The translations under genes and the position numbers were made by a program. From contig NC_068986.1 in NCBI RefSeq assembly GCF_001194135.2, positions 936,299 through 996,477 of the forward strand: 60,179 nucleotides of DNA, read 5' to 3'. Each line of letters starts with the position of its first letter. Position 1 is the stretch's first letter. Shown one piece after another: positions 12,149 through 26,886 of the stretch. Origin of the DNA: Octopus bimaculoides (lineage: Eukaryota). Below the pieces are notes generated by a model, which saw only the letters and a program-made list of their open reading frames with translations, was not told the origin of the DNA and searched no databases.

Positions 12149-12358
12149 AGAGAATTTTTAATGGAGACAATGAATGCAAGCTCATTCTTTGATTGGAGTA
12201 ACTTCCAAAGATTTCTAACGTCATTTCTTTATACTTTACTTTTGGATTTACTAGAGTAAATTTGTGCAGATATGAAAACTTATATAGACATATTATGTAT
12301 ATCATTTTACTTATTAATGAATTTGTTAAACTGTGTTTAATAAGTTAAATCATATACT

Positions 12359-12407
<49 letters not shown>

Positions 12408-13019
12408 TGTATTACTATGGCAGTGCACTAGTTGAAATGTTAGCACACCAAGCAAATTGCTTTACATCATTTCATCCATCTTAATGTTCTGAGTTCAAAT
12501 TCTGCCAAGGTCGACATTGTCACTTGTCCTTTTGGGGTCGATAAAATAAGCACCAGTTTTGCACTGGGGTTGATGCAATCAACTAGACCCCTCCCCGCAA
12601 ATTTCAGGTCTTGCGTCTATAGTAGAAAGGATCATTATTACTATTGTATTTGTTGTTGTTGTTTTGGTGGTAATAGTAGTAGTAGTAGTAGTAGTAGTAG
12701 CAGCAGCAGCAGAAAGGAACTAAGTGTATGAGAATAAACAACAGCAACAAAACTTCTTATAAAACAAATCAGTATTTCTCTGTCTTTCAACATCTAAAAC
12801 AATAAAAAAAAACATATGTGCAAAAATTATGGCAAAAATTACTGGGGTTTTACTGAGAAGTTTTGCCACATATATTTCAAATTATTCTTAAGAAATGGTC
12901 GAAGATAATACAAAATGATACATGAAGCAGAATCTTTATTAAGCAGTTTATTAGATAATTTGGTTTCATTATCAAATGTTGTTGCAATTTTTATTGTTTT
13001 ATCTTTTAATCAGGAAGGA

Positions 13020-13200
13020 AGGCAATGCGCATAACCCTTTACAGGGCCTCCAAGACAAGCAGAAAGGTAGGATAGAGAAAGTTATCCTCAGACCAGAGGT
13101 TTGGTCCAAATGCTTGCAACAAAATGGAGTCCACACAAGGTGTCCAAGTCGCCAGGTGGCAGACAAAGTCTTCACATCAAATAGACCAAGACACTATTTG
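13020..13200 (+). repeat. Unclassified interspersed repeat; inverted relative at about 56610-56830
   Basis: Shared blocks CCAAATGCTTGCAACA and TCCAAG(T/G)(C/T)GCCAGGTG in opposite orientations. Confidence 0.5.
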
Positions 13201-14247
13201 AAATCATAATACAAAGAGCTGAAATAACAACCCCAATGCTTCTGGTCCAATTTTATTACAGTTCTATCAACTCACCATTCCATATTGGTGTGATTTATCG
13301 ATCCCACTAGGATGAAAAGCAAAACTAGTTTCAGTGGCACCTGAATTCAGAGTGTATAGAATTGGAACAAACACTGCAATGCAAGCATTCCATACAATGC
13401 TCTAATGATTCTACCAGTCCACCATCTTAATATTGGGACTCAAGAAATAACAGAGGCAGCTGATATGAATCCATCAAATTCAATTTATTAGCAGATCAGT
13501 CAATATGTATAACAAATGCTTTGCTTTTTGTTGAAGTCATTGTTCTAAATACAAACAAAAAAGATTGTTGCCTACTTGACTAAACTTCAATTAGATAAGA
13601 CATATAAATACATACAAGATAAATCAGTGAAGCAAAAATGACTTCTAGAATATTAATGATACTATTTGTAAACCATTTACAGGACAACCTGAAAAACATT
13701 GCTCAAATTTTCCATTTAAACCTACGTCTGTATTCATAGACACAAACATAAACATGAATGTAAATGCTTGATGTTGTACAAGGTCTTTGTCATTTTCATT
13801 ATTAGCCTACTTTATGTTGCTGCTAATAGGCATCAGCTAAATAAATTTTTAAACAATATAATGCATGGATACAGTCAACCAGAGACATATATCTGCAGCT
13901 CTTAATATATGACCATAGACATTTTCGGTCAATTATAAATAACAAAAAGAGGTTTACATAGCATGTAATGACTCACATATTTCAACATCTGCTAACAACA
14001 ATGTTTAACCTTGCTGTTTTTATTCCATTTGTAATTCATAAGTATATCTTCTAACGTATTCTATAGCAACACAGATTTTCTACAGCTTATCAGAAAGTTA
14101 CTACCATGCAAAATCAATCTTTTTCCATGACAGACACATCAAACATTTCAAAGGGTGAAACGGTGAAAGAATCTTTTTCTTATACAAGTGAAGACAAATT
14201 TTGAAAACTATAAAAGTACATATCTATTCATATATGTGTGTGTATGT

Positions 14248-14279
<32 letters not shown>

Positions 14280-14663
14280 CATTGTCATCATCAGTTTAAC
14301 ATCCACTTTTCCATGCTTGCAAGGATCAGACAAAGTTTATTGAGGCAGATTTTCTATGGCTGGATGCCCTTTCTGTCACCATCCCTTATTTGTTTCCAAG
14401 CAAAATGATATTTCCCCATGACCAGACATGTTTTTGCAAACTATTGGAAATGAATGACATTCATTTACAACAACCACAAAGTATCAAAACTAACACACAC
14501 ACATACTCACAACAGACTTCTTATGGTTTCCATTTACTAAATCTGCACAAGACTTCGGTTAGCCTAGAACTGGTCAAGGTGCCATGCAGTAGGACTGAAC
14601 ATGACACCCTGTGGTTGGGAAGCAAACTTCTTAATTCCACAGCTGTGCCTGCACTGATGCACA

Positions 14664-14697
<34 letters not shown>

Positions 14698-14899
14698 CAT
14701 ACATACATACGTATCAACATATATATATAGGTACAGGCATGGGTGTGTGGTAAAGAGTATCCTTCCCAACCACATGATGTCGTGTTCAGTCCCACTGCCA
14801 GGCACCTTCAGCAAGTGCCTCTACTATAACGCTGAACCAATTAAAGACTTGTGAGTGAATCTGGTAGAGGGAAACTGAAAGAAGCTATCATATATATAT

Positions 14900-14979
<80 letters not shown>

Positions 14980-15039
14980 TCTTTTACTGATTTCAACCAG
15001 AGGCTGAGTCCATGCTGGAGCACCACCTTTCAGTGTTTC

Positions 15040-16230
15040 TGTACTGTTATTAGTGGAGAAGTGAGCTGGGCAGAGCTGCTTGTCTTCATGCCTCCTGCTG
15101 TGATGTAGGTTTATCTGGCATTTCAGATAGAAATTTGTGCAGCTACTTTTGAACATTTCCACATCTACCCCTTCCAGATCTCTTAGGTTACTTGGCAGGA
15201 TGTTAAACAGTTGTGATCCCCTGAAACCCAAGCTTTTGCAACACTGGATCCTTATCTGAGATGAAGAAGACAGTATCTTTGGTATTATGCAGTGCTGTCC
15301 AGTTCAGTGGTTGACATAGCTTTTAATTCCAAAGTTGGTAGCTAGACCTTCCAGGATCTTCCATATGTATATCACTGCATACCTTTCTTGCCTTCTCTCC
15401 AGAGAGTAGAGCTTCAGTTCTTGTATCCTCTCCCAGTAGCTCATCTGTTTCACTGAGTCAATCCTCTTTGCACTGGATTGCCTTAAGTTCAGCCACCTGC
15501 AGTGAACACAGTTGAGAGCAGTAATCCAGATGACTGAGAACAAAAGTCCTCCATAGGAGCAGTAAGGTATCTTTATTTCTGGTTCCGAATGATCTAAGGA
15601 TCCATCCAGCTACTTGCATGCGCAATATTGTCATGTTGGTAATATGTACATGGAATGTTGCATCATTACTCATATGGATTCCCAGGTGATGCACTGATTC
15701 TAACTCTGGATTTGCACTGTCCCCTAGTCCTATGTCTTCTGATTGTAGTCTGTTCATGGGCCAATAGTGGAGTGCTTGAAACTTATCAGTATTAAAAGGC
15801 ATGCTATTTTCATCAGCCCATTTGTATATTGCATGTAGGTCATTTTGCAGTTTTAGTATGTCCTTGACTGCTTGAAATAATTCTTTATCATCAGTGTAGC
15901 TGGTGAGAGTGGCTGACTGTACAATGGAGGGCATGTCTGAGAGAGCCACTACAAACAGTAGTGGTCCCAGCACAATTCCCTGAGGCACTCCACTGCGGAT
16001 TGATGTCTCCCATTGAGACCACCATTGACTGCAACTGTCTGACTCCTGTCTTTAAAAAGTCGCACAGCCACTTTCCCAGTTTCTAGTGATACCAAGATCA
16101 CATAGTTTGTGACAAATCATCCTATGATCAATCTTGTCAAAGGCCTTGGCAAAGTCAAGATATATCACATCCACATTTGAGTGGTTGAACTGCTGTTTCA
16201 GTATCCAGTTGTAATTTAGTATCAGCTGAA
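15040..16230 (-). mobile_element. Degenerate LINE reverse-transcriptase remnant (CR1/L2/Jockey group)
   Basis: Frameshifted translations include VDVIYLDFAKAFDKIDH, GVPQGIVLGPLLF, SYTDD (YADD equivalent), LDYCSQL and LYSLERRQERY. Confidence 0.9.
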
Positions 16231-16847
16231 CACAGGGGTCAATGTAAACAACTAGCCCTCACCAACAAAATTTCAGGCATTGTGCCTATAATGAAAAGGA
16301 TTATTTAACACCAGCTTATTAATGACAAAGTTATTTTTCACTAAATTCTTCATTCTTTTCAAGCTTATTTTTATATAGCAACCTTCCATTACTTGGCATA
16401 TTATGAAACCTCGTGTATTTCCTGATGCTCATTCACCAAATCACTCTCTAATTGGTCATACAGAAAGGTGCAGGCATTCAGTTGACATTGTCTTCTGGTG
16501 ACCAGTGATAAAAGTAGAATAAAGCAAACTTCCGGAGTTTATTTATTTTAAGCTTTTGTTTGGAGAAAACTGTAAGTCATTGCTACTGACTACAATTCAA
16601 GCAATGGCTAATTCAGGAAACCTGTGAATGGGTGATAAAATACAGACGTAGCTACATTGCACAAAACTTACCGACACTTGTGAAGTATTTATTCTATATG
16701 CACGTGTGTGTGTGTAAGTTGGTTTGTCTTGTATATATGTATGTATGAGTATTTACATGCATGCATGTATGTATGTGTGTGTATGTGCATGTGTGCATGT
16801 ATGTATGTATGAATGTATGTATATATATGCATATACATACAAACACT

Positions 16848-16883
<36 letters not shown>

Positions 16884-17166
16884 NNNNNNNNNNNNNNNNN
16901 NNNNNNNNNNNNNNNNNNNNNNNNNNNNNNNNNNNNNNNNNNNNNNNNNNNNNNNNNNNNNNNNNNNNNNNNNNNNNNNNNNNNNNNNNNNNNNNNNNNN
17001 NNNNNNNNNNNNNNNNNNNNNNNNNNNNNNNNNNNNNNNNNNNNNNNNNNNNNNNNNNNNNNNNNNNNNNNNNNNNNNNNNNNNNNNNNNNNNNNNNNNN
17101 NNNNNNNNNNNNNNNNNNNNNNNNNNNNNNNNNNNNNNNNNNNNNNNNNNNNNNNNNNNNNNNNNN

Positions 17167-17209
<43 letters not shown>

Positions 17210-18496
17210 TACTCATCCATATAATATATGTGAGTATGTCTATCTGTGTATGTGTGTATGTGTACATAACCCATACCAGTATGTGTTATAAAGATGATGA
17301 TGTGATGTAGACTCGTTATGGCTGAATGGTTGAGAAGCTCCCTTCACCACCAAATTCACACTTACAGCATGGCATCTTAAGCAAATATCAGGTTGACTCA
17401 TACTTCGTAACTGAAATTGGATAGACAGAAACTCTACTGATGTCTATCGAATAAATTGTGTCTCTAAATCAAAGCATACAGCCCTGTCACACACTTTGTT
17501 ATCATGCTGATTCTGTTTGAGAAATATGTTAAGAGTACATGTATCTCTGGACTGCTCAGATGGTTACATATGAATTTAGGAGCTGCTAATTAAGTTGATC
17601 AACCACTTGAATCCTCATCAACAAGGATATATAAGCATACATGTGTGTGTATATATGTATGCATAAAGGAAAGAAAGAACAGAGTCAAAGAGAAGAGGGA
17701 GTACAATTTGATAGCTGTTTAATGACCACTACACATGTTCAATACTGCCGACTATCTAGTAATTCTAAGGGTGAACATATATCTTGTACTCTAATACATT
17801 CTTAACAAAATGCACATCAACTACACACACACACACGCACGCACACACACAAACACACACACATATATATATATATNNNNNNNNNNNNNNNNNNNNNNNN
17901 NNNNNNNNNNNNNNNNNNNNNNNNNNNNNNNNNNNNNNNNNNNNNNNNNNNNNNNNNNNNNNNNNNNNNNNNNNNNNNNNNNNNNNNNNNNNNNNNNNNN
18001 NNNNNNNNNNNNNNNNNNNNNNNNNNNNNNNNNNNNNNNNNNNNNNNNNNNNNNNNNNNNNNNNNNNNNNNNNNNNNNNNNNNNNNNNNNNNNNNNNNNN
18101 NNNNNNNNNNNNNNNNNNNNNNNNNNNNNNNNNNNNNNNNNNNNNNNNNNNNNNNNNNNNNNNNNNNNNNNNNNNNNNNNNNNNNNNNNNNNNNNNNNNN
18201 NNNNNNNNNNNNNNNNNNNNNNNNNNNNNNNNNNNNNNNNNNNNNNNNNNNNNNNNNNNNNNNNNNNNNNNNNNNNNNNNNNNNNNNNNNNNNNNNNNNN
18301 NNNNNNNNNNNNNNNNNNNNNNNNNNNNNNNNNNNNNNNNNNNNNNNNNNNNNNNNNNNNNNNNNNNNNNNNNNNNNNNNNNNNNNNNNNNNNNNNNNNN
18401 NNNNNNNNNNNNNNNNNNNNNNNNNNNNNNNNNNNNNNNNNNNNNNNNNNNNNNNNNNNNNNNNNNNNNNNNNNNNNNNNNNNNNNNNNNNNNNNN

Positions 18497-18531
<35 letters not shown>

Positions 18532-18547
18532 CTATATATGTATATTC

Positions 18548-18593
<46 letters not shown>

Positions 18594-18989
18594 AGTCTAT
18601 TCTCAGCTACCATATCAACAACATGGATTTCTTCCATCTTCTTGCTCTGTTAAAGTATTTGAGAAAAATAATATTAATGAGTCCAACTGGTTAAAATTCT
18701 ATTTATTTGTGCAGCTGATGATAGTACTGCATTTAAATTGATGTAATGCAGCTGCTTGAAATGGTCATACTGCATCACTTCTTGAGATCCTGTTACTGAT
18801 TTTGATTTTATTCCCCTTACTTCAAGCTATGCGGATAATACTGGACTGACTTGCTGTTTCAGCTTAAGTACCTAATTCCACTGAATCTCAATTATTTATA
18901 TGTACGTATGTATGTATGCATGTGTGTGTATGTAGGTATGTATGTATGTATGTATGTATGCATGTACGTATGTATGTATGTATGTAATG

Positions 18990-19020
<31 letters not shown>

Positions 19021-19580
19021 TGTATACATACATTCATACTCATGCAAACATTGAATTAAACATAGAAACACATATAAATCTAATGCGCATCACAGACATT
19101 ACCTGTATTCTAGCAGAAGTGTGAATATATTTTCCCCTTGATTTAGACATACTTTAAACAGGGAACTTATGACTAAAACGCCATGTAGGTCAGTGCCTTA
19201 CATCATCCCTCATTTGGTGATATCTAAAAGTGACATCAATAAAAAAAGTTTAGCCTACTGTTAAAAGCATCATATTAAGAACCATAATGTCACTGTTGCA
19301 CTACAGAATCCCACTTTCAACATTTACTGTTCTCTTTCCAGAGATATTCACCACTGACACCTAATTAAATGTTATTGCTGTGTAAATTGCTTGATGAGTG
19401 TAAGTGATAAAAAAGTCAAAACAAAAATAAATAAATAAATAAATAGCTGTTCCTGAAACTCAGCCTGGCTATGTCTGTTGTTCCTTTTGATAACTCCCTG
19501 TAACTTCAACCATGAACTTTGACCTTTTCAAGATACTATCCAACTGCAAAGTTTACAAGGGTGATGCAGTTTAATAGCTG

Positions 19581-19625
<45 letters not shown>

Positions 19626-21599
19626 ATGTTGATATGAGTGTGTGTGTGTGCATGTGCATGTGTCTATGCATCTATAATACACAAAGGGTTGCAAGTAAGC
19701 ACATGTATAGATTTCATGTTGCAAAAATGTTGCGTCTTTATAGGATTTGCTAAATATTATTGTTGACAAAATAACGATTTAAAAAAGAAATTCAATGTTA
19801 TTATCATTACTTTTTATTTAAAGTTATTATCATTATTATTGTTGCTTTTGGAAACATAAGAGAAACTCTGGAATGTTCAAAGTCTTTTACTGAATAAGTT
19901 CAATAATAATTGGTTTCTGATATTTAATAGTATGTGTTGTACTTGACATCTGACAGTGATATGAAGCAAGACTGCCATTTCAGACTAGACTCTGAAATAA
20001 AAAAAATAGAGTTAAATTTGAGAATATTTCTACAGAAATAAATAATGATTTGTAGTTTTGGCACAAGGCCAACAGTTTTTGAAGGGAAGGCTTTGTTGGT
20101 CATACTGCCTACAGTACTTGACAAATACCTTATTTTATTAGTCCTAAAAGGACAAAACGGCAAAGTTGACCTCAGTAGAATTTGAACTCAGAGAGAGAAG
20201 AAATATCACAGAATATAGCATTGTAGTAAAGAAGTTTGGTCCCCAACAATGTGGTTTTGAGTTCAGCCCCACTGTATGGCAACTTGGGTAAGCATCTTCA
20301 ACTATAGTCCTGGGTCAACCAAAGACTTGAGAGTTAATTTGGCAGTTGGAAACCGAAAGAAGTCTGTCTTGTGTGCGTGTGTTTGTGTTGCCCAGAAGTA
20401 ACACACCCACACACACATGTACACATGCACACATACACACACATGTACACATGCACACATACACAAACATACACGCCTATTTACATATATAAAAAGACAT
20501 TTCAAACTTTCAGCAAGAATTATGAAACGTTTGGATACAACAGGACCACAGAAGCCAGGTATATTATCTTTAACCTAGAATAAAACAGAACTGAAGTAAA
20601 TTAGCCAGATCAGTCTTCTGTATTAAATATATATAATCAGTGCTAACGTAGTTAAATGTAGTGAACAAAAAAAAAAAGTTTATGAAAATTATACCTTGTA
20701 GTTAGGAGAAAGATATATTGTCTAACTGATTAATTCTGGTTAAGAAAGATGAGGAAGATAACTCCAAAATTTTAATATATAAAAACTATGTGGAGATGTA
20801 GTGAGAATGGGAAATAATGACTGCTCTTTGGCAATGCAGTGACAACTCTGGATATGTTTCTTTTTTATTAAACATCTCAAGTGAAGCATAGTCTTCACTT
20901 ATACATACCAAGCCAAAAGAAAAAAAAATGACTACAATAGAGCTAGAGGTTACAATATGAAAATGTATATACACATATACATCATTACGATACAGTGCAA
21001 TTTTTAATCACAACTGTAATTTTTTAATTAAAATACAAATCCTAAGTAATAGTCATGATTCTTCCATAATATAAGTTTTTACAAACAAAAAGACAAAGAA
21101 AAGAAAAAGAAAAAGCAGAACAAAAAAGGAGCACCATGTAAGCATTGGTTGAGCAATCTTTTTGATGCGGGATTTTACAGCTGGATGCCCTTCATACCAT
21201 CAAAACATTTAGCCACCTCTTATCTGTAGGGACAGTATCTATCTATTCTAAAACTCAGATTCACCCATTCTTATGCATAAATATATACATGCATGTACAT
21301 ACACATATATACTATTATTATTATTATTAATAAGGCAAAAGGTGGCAAGCTTGCAAAATGATTAGCACACTGGGCAAAATGCTTAGTGGCATTTCATCTG
21401 TCTTTTCATTCTGAGGTCAAATTCTGCTGAGGTCAACTTTGTCTTTCATCCTTCTAGAGTTGATAAAACAAGTATCCGTTGAATACTGGGGTTGATGTAA
21501 TTGATTCATCTCCTCCCACTGAATAACTCGCCTTGTGCCAAAATCTGAATTCATGATTAATAAGGCAGTGAGCTGGCAGAATCGTTAGCAATTTTTTGA

Positions 21600-22520
21600 A
21601 GATTCCCAAGAAGTAGTTGATGACTAGATGACCTAATGAGCAGTGGAGATGAATGTCCTAAGATCATAGTGGTCAGAGTAAGAATAGGTAGGAAAAAGTT
21701 TAGTAAGTCATGCTGAGAAGAAATGGACTCTCTTCTTCGGTGATGGATAGATTGAATGATGCTTGTGCTTGTAGTGTGAGCAGACAGGAATTCGATTTGG
21801 TCTATGTAATGTGTACTTGCAGAAAAAAATGAAAATAGGTGTAGTGAGTTCACAGGCAGGCTGACAGAAAAAGATAATTCTGTATTTAGAAGATGTACAG
21901 AAATAGTTAGTAGTAAAAACACCTCTAAAATAAATTCTTTGAAACTTTTGGGAGGTTCCCAAGAAGTAGTTAATAATAGTCTTTTGTTGACAAGATGACC
22001 CAATGAGCAGCAGAGGTGAGTTATGCCAAGAAGAAAGGGAGTCTCTTCCTCAGTATTAGTCAGACTGAATGATGCTTGTGTGTGTAATGTGATGTTGCAT
22101 GGTCATCAAACTGATTGTGGATGGTGTATAAAGTATGGAAAGATGTGAGGCAAGTATGGTCTGTTGGGTACGTAATGCTAGAGTGCACGGACAAGAGGGA
22201 GAAACTGAACTAATAGAAATATTACAGACATATTTTAGGAGGTAATCAGGTACAGTGTGCAAGGGAGAAGACTGCATGGCTTTGGACGTGGTACGTATGT
22301 AGGATGTCAGTTGAGTAAAAAAAATGTACCAAATGATCCAAGGATAAAATACACTTGCAAATTAGAAGATCAAGGAAGACAAAAGCAAATATGGTTGAAG
22401 CTGTTCTCAGGATCCTGAGTTTCAAGAAGGAGATGACAAAGGACAAGAACATGCTATGAGATATCTTGCTGGAGAAGAACTGTCCAACACATGTAGACAT
22501 GAAAGACAAATGTAAAATGG
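21600..22520 (+). mobile_element. Degenerate RTE-clade LINE 3' remnants (two partly duplicated segments)
   Basis: Remnants resembling RTE motifs L.DACV..VMLHG.ET and RRL.W.GHV.RM; internal duplication 21600-21800 versus 21955-22110. Confidence 0.6.
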
Positions 22521-22963
22521 GATAATGTTACATTTGTATATTATAGGCACAGGCATGGGTGGTTGGTAAGAAGCTTGCTTGTTAACCACATGGTTCTGGG
22601 TTCAGTCCCACTGCATGGCACTTTGAGTAAGTGTCTTCTACTATATTCTCGGGTCAACCAAGACCTTGTGAGTAGATTTGGCAGTCAGAAACTGAAAGAA
22701 ACTTGTCATATTTATATATCTTCGACTAAAACCCTTTAAGGTGGTGCTCCAGCATGACCGCAGTCAAATGACTGAAACAAGTAAAAGAATACAGTCATAC
22801 ATACATACACACATACATATATGCATATACACATATATTTATGCAAACACACACATACATTTACACATGCAAACATATATACACTCATATATACCTTCAT
22901 ACACTTATACACAGATTCAGAAATACATTGATATGCATACATAACTACATACATATACTACAT

Positions 22964-22994
<31 letters not shown>

Positions 22995-23757
22995 CACACA
23001 CACACATGTATGTATGCATATATATCCATGTATCCTGTCTTCTGTTATAATTCCATTCACATCTATTATGCAAATGAATAAAATATATGTATGTATAAAT
23101 ATGCATATATACACATATATTAGTTGCTTTAATATAATGAAATATATCATAGCAACATTTGCTAAATAGCACTTTAGTGAACCATTCAATTAGCTTGTCC
23201 CTCCACCACTCACACAAACTATTTCACAAATAATACATTGTACAGTTTTCTTTATTTCCGTTCCATTCTATGCTGAACCTTGGCCCATACCTGGATGATT
23301 ATAGTCATGTATTATTTTTTCTATGAGAAGAGGTTGCAAGCTATTCTCCATTTTTCCTGAAAGAGATGCTGTGAGTGCCTCCCGTCCCAAGTCTTTCTCA
23401 CAGAAAGAGTGTGCGCGTGTGAGAAGAAGAAGAAGAAGAAGAAATGATTCCAGTACTTGACTGGTACTTTATTTATCGATTCTGAAAGGACGGAAACCAA
23501 AGCTGGCATCTGCATGATATGAACTCAGAGTGTAAGAGAAGCCTCACTCTTCCACAACTTTAACAAGTCTGCCAAGTCACCCTCCTCTTATAATGTGGAC
23601 AAGGATAAAGTACTATTGAAGGGAGATAACTCCAAATGAATTTATTAAGGAATCTGTTTCTTGATTAAGTTTGGCATTTAACATTGATCGGATAAAGTTG
23701 AATACTTGAATAGAGAAATGTTAAGTGTTTAGTGGCAACGGAACAGGAAAGCATGTT

Positions 23758-23866
23758 ATGGAACTGTTAACGATAAATAAGCATGCATGTGGGTTTCTTT
23801 TTAAATTGATCAGGATGCGTTATATCGGTTGGCCAGTCATGTATTGTTCCAGTTTAGGTGCGAAAG
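23758..23866 (+). CDS. Candidate first coding exon of the CSKMT-like gene (possible mitochondrial presequence)
   Basis: ATG at 23758 gives MELLTINKHACGFLFKLIRMRYIGWPVMYCSSLGAK, then a strong phase-1 donor AAG|GTAGGT compatible with the phase of the 34996 exon; lies at the left edge of a CpG-retaining block. Unverified; an alternative exists at 33763-33883. Confidence 0.3.
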
Positions 23867-26379
23867 GTAGGTATTTGCCCCCCTCTAGTCTTGTATTTGT
23901 TTCATATATTTCGAAAGTCGGTCTGTTTCCTACAGTACTTCGGTGACTTTTATTAAAATATGCATTGTTAATGTTCCCAACGCTAATATTTTAATTTTAT
24001 TACTAAGAATACCTCAGTTAATTTTACAGATACCAAATCCTAACATTGGTTTTTCGTGCCTTGCCGCAAAACCTTATATTTATAATTCAGTCTTTAACAA
24101 GGACATGAGAAGTATGCATGTGCCTACCAATCGAAACCCTAGTTGTGGAACGGCCCGGTGTACTAAGTTCCAGTAAGCGTAATTCCATATTGTTCAATTA
24201 GTTATTAAAATAAATTGTACACATTTACGATACATAATAAGCCTTGCGTACATTACAGATGTATGTATATATCATGCTTGTAGTTTATTTACATCAGGCC
24301 TGGAAGTACCTGCGGTCTGTTATGATACTTTGTAATACACTCATAATTATAAGAAATGTTACATTTTGCTAAAATTTCATCAGAATCTTGAGATGCGAGT
24401 CTGTTAAATTTGAACAGTTTCGTTTCTTTCGAATTTTTTTTTAATGATTTGCTCAATGGTGATGCATGATTACACTAATATATATATATGCTATAATAAT
24501 TAATGTAATATATGATGTACGACTTACGACAGGTGCTAAATTACTCTTTTAGTGTGTTGACCCAATATACGATGAGCAAGGTCACAAGGTCTGCTACTCA
24601 AAAGGGGTTACTCGTGTTTTAATAACACCATGAACAAAATCCAGATCGAACGTTGTTACTAGCAACGAGAAAGTTATAAGCATCGCATTTTTATTTTCAT
24701 CCAAGGTTATAATGTTTCTATATTAAATAACTATTATCGTTCACAGCTAAAAGTAGACCGTTCTATCAACTTTGTGCCTTCGATTTTAGTTTTGTACCTT
24801 TTTTGTTTATAACTGCGCAGCATGGCCTGATAACCCCAATTTATTTGACTAAAGCTTTTCAAGTTGTTTAGCCCTAAGTCAGCTCTGATTTAGCAGATCT
24901 GTAATCAAAAGCAATCCATCTATGACCATCCCATATTTTTGTACATCACTGTCCATTATATCCATTTATAAGGCGAGTAGGATGTGGTTTGAGGAAGATT
25001 TCGTAACTAATTCTTGTTAAAGAATCGACTGCGTAGATGCTTTCCACTTACAAACGCATAGAATTTTCATTACTCATACAATATTTACGAAATTTCTTTT
25101 TTGTTGATTGTTTTCAACTTGAAAATTTGGGCTTGAAACGGATTCTTATTTATATTGTATTCTGGCATGGAAGTCTTGTTGCTTTCTAAAACTTGTTGCA
25201 TCACATCTTATATAACTCGTGTGAACGGCCTCTCCTTGATGACTGATACAATTCTCATATTTCATGTTTCTTGTCGCTTAATTTTTATTCCTTTTTATAG
25301 CTAGTTTATTTCATCGTTCGTGTGGAATTTTCATATTCCCTATTCTCTCTCTCTCATATATATATATATATATTTTATACACACACACACACACGTATAT
25401 AATAGTGGCAGTGTACGTCTGTGTGTACATGCTAAAGCTTATTTTTAAAATTATTATTCAAACGATATCGGTTGAATAATTAACAATATGAAAATCAGTT
25501 ACAATTCAAGAAACATCAGACTTTTATGAAATATTCAAACTCCACATACATGTTGAGCACTTTTCCTTCAGTTTTTTTTTTCTAAAACAATAAAAGTTCG
25601 CAAATCACACACACACACACACACACACACTACACACTACACTTGTTTAGTTTTACAAATGATAGAAGTGTAGAGAAAGAATAAACAGTAAAATTAAAAC
25701 ATGTTGCTATTGGCTCCAGATGAACGTTTCCGGGCGGACAAGAATCAGATCGATTACATGTTACTTGATATGAATAAAAATAAAGCTTTGTATAAAATAG
25801 AATAAAACAACACATAAAGCAAAGTAAATAGTTTGAGAACTAAGAAACGTCTTTTTTTCTTCTTTTTTTTTTTTGTCGCTATAAGCATTTTTGGTCACCG
25901 AAGACTTGATGTTTAGCGTTTTTTATTCCTCAATCCTATTAATCGCATCCATCAAGGCCTCCCTTTAATTGGAGTGTAAAAACATGATTGTTTTTCTTTT
26001 AGGGCCTCCGCCGATCAGGCTTGATCTTGTATCCGCACCTATAATGTTGGGGTGGAAGACCAGCAGTTAACCCGTGTATGCAGATCTCCCTTCTCCAAGA
26101 CAATCCAGTATAATCGCTGGTACTGCCGTTAGAACGCAAAGGGATGAAACAGTTATCCCAAAGTATCCACTAACGGTTCGTCCAACTCACCGCCCTGGGC
26201 TGCTATTTTTCTTTATCGATCTCGAAAGGATGAAAATTCAGAGACAAAGCACAGCCTGAAACAAATACCGCAACGCATTCTATCCAACACTAATGACCCA
26301 AGAATATAAAGATGGCTGCGTTCGAAGTCAGGTACAGCTCAGCAAAGATCCATGAAATAACGTTATGTTATTTTTCATA

Positions 26380-26624
26380 AGGCGGCGAACTGGTAGAATC
26401 GTTACCGCGCCGGGCAAAATGCTTAGTTACAGTTCTTCCATCTTTACGTTTTGAGTTCAAATTCCGTCCAAGGCCTTTCATCCTTTCGGAGGCGATAAAA
26501 TAAGTAACAACTGAACTCATTTTATCACTTATGAAAGGATGAAAGGTAAAGTACTAAGTGAACTTTGGGGTCGATATAATCGACTTACCCTATCCCCGAA
26601 ATTGTTGGCGTTGTGCCAGTTCTA
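26380..26624 (+). mobile_element. tRNA-head SINE, family B
   Basis: GGCGGCGAACTGGTAGAATCGTT...GAGTTCAAATTCC...GGGGTCGATATAATCGACTT, collinear with 4597-4826. Confidence 0.8.
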
Positions 26625-26633
26625 CGTTAATTG

Positions 26634-26832
26634 GGTACTACTAAAGCAGCGCGGACCCGAACGCGCAGTCGCGCGTCCGCGCTAGCTAGTCTTGAGTGGT
26701 CGATCCTAACCCTAACCCGCGTGTGCAAATGAATACGTGTTTAGAGTTAGGGTTAGGGTTAGGTTCGACCACTCACGACTAGCTAGCGCGGACGCGACTG
26801 CGCGTTCGGGTCCGCGCTGCTTTAGTAGTACC
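26634..26832. mobile_element. 199-bp Mutator/MULE-type foldback MITE with ~85-bp TIRs and internal telomere-like repeats
   Basis: Ends GGTACTACTAAAGCAGCGCGG... and ...CCGCGCTGCTTTAGTAGTACC; perfect 9-bp direct repeat CGTTAATTG at 26625-26633 and 26833-26841; inner ends carry (CCTAAC)2 and (TTAGGG)2-3. A 9-bp TSD with G-initial long TIRs is the MULE hallmark. Confidence 0.85.
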
Positions 26833-26886
26833 CGTTAATTGATTACCTATGCTTTTAACATAGAAAAATAATCAAATAAATTTACT

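Noticed and set aside
16689-18653. Long ORFs of 140-290 aa
   Set aside because: They consist of X residues across N gaps plus microsatellite translation; likewise 8648-9684, 32225-32638 and 48223-48628.
26705-26763. Possible telomere or chromosome-fusion relic
   Set aside because: Only 2-3 TTAGGG units per side, and they lie inside a TSD-flanked MITE.
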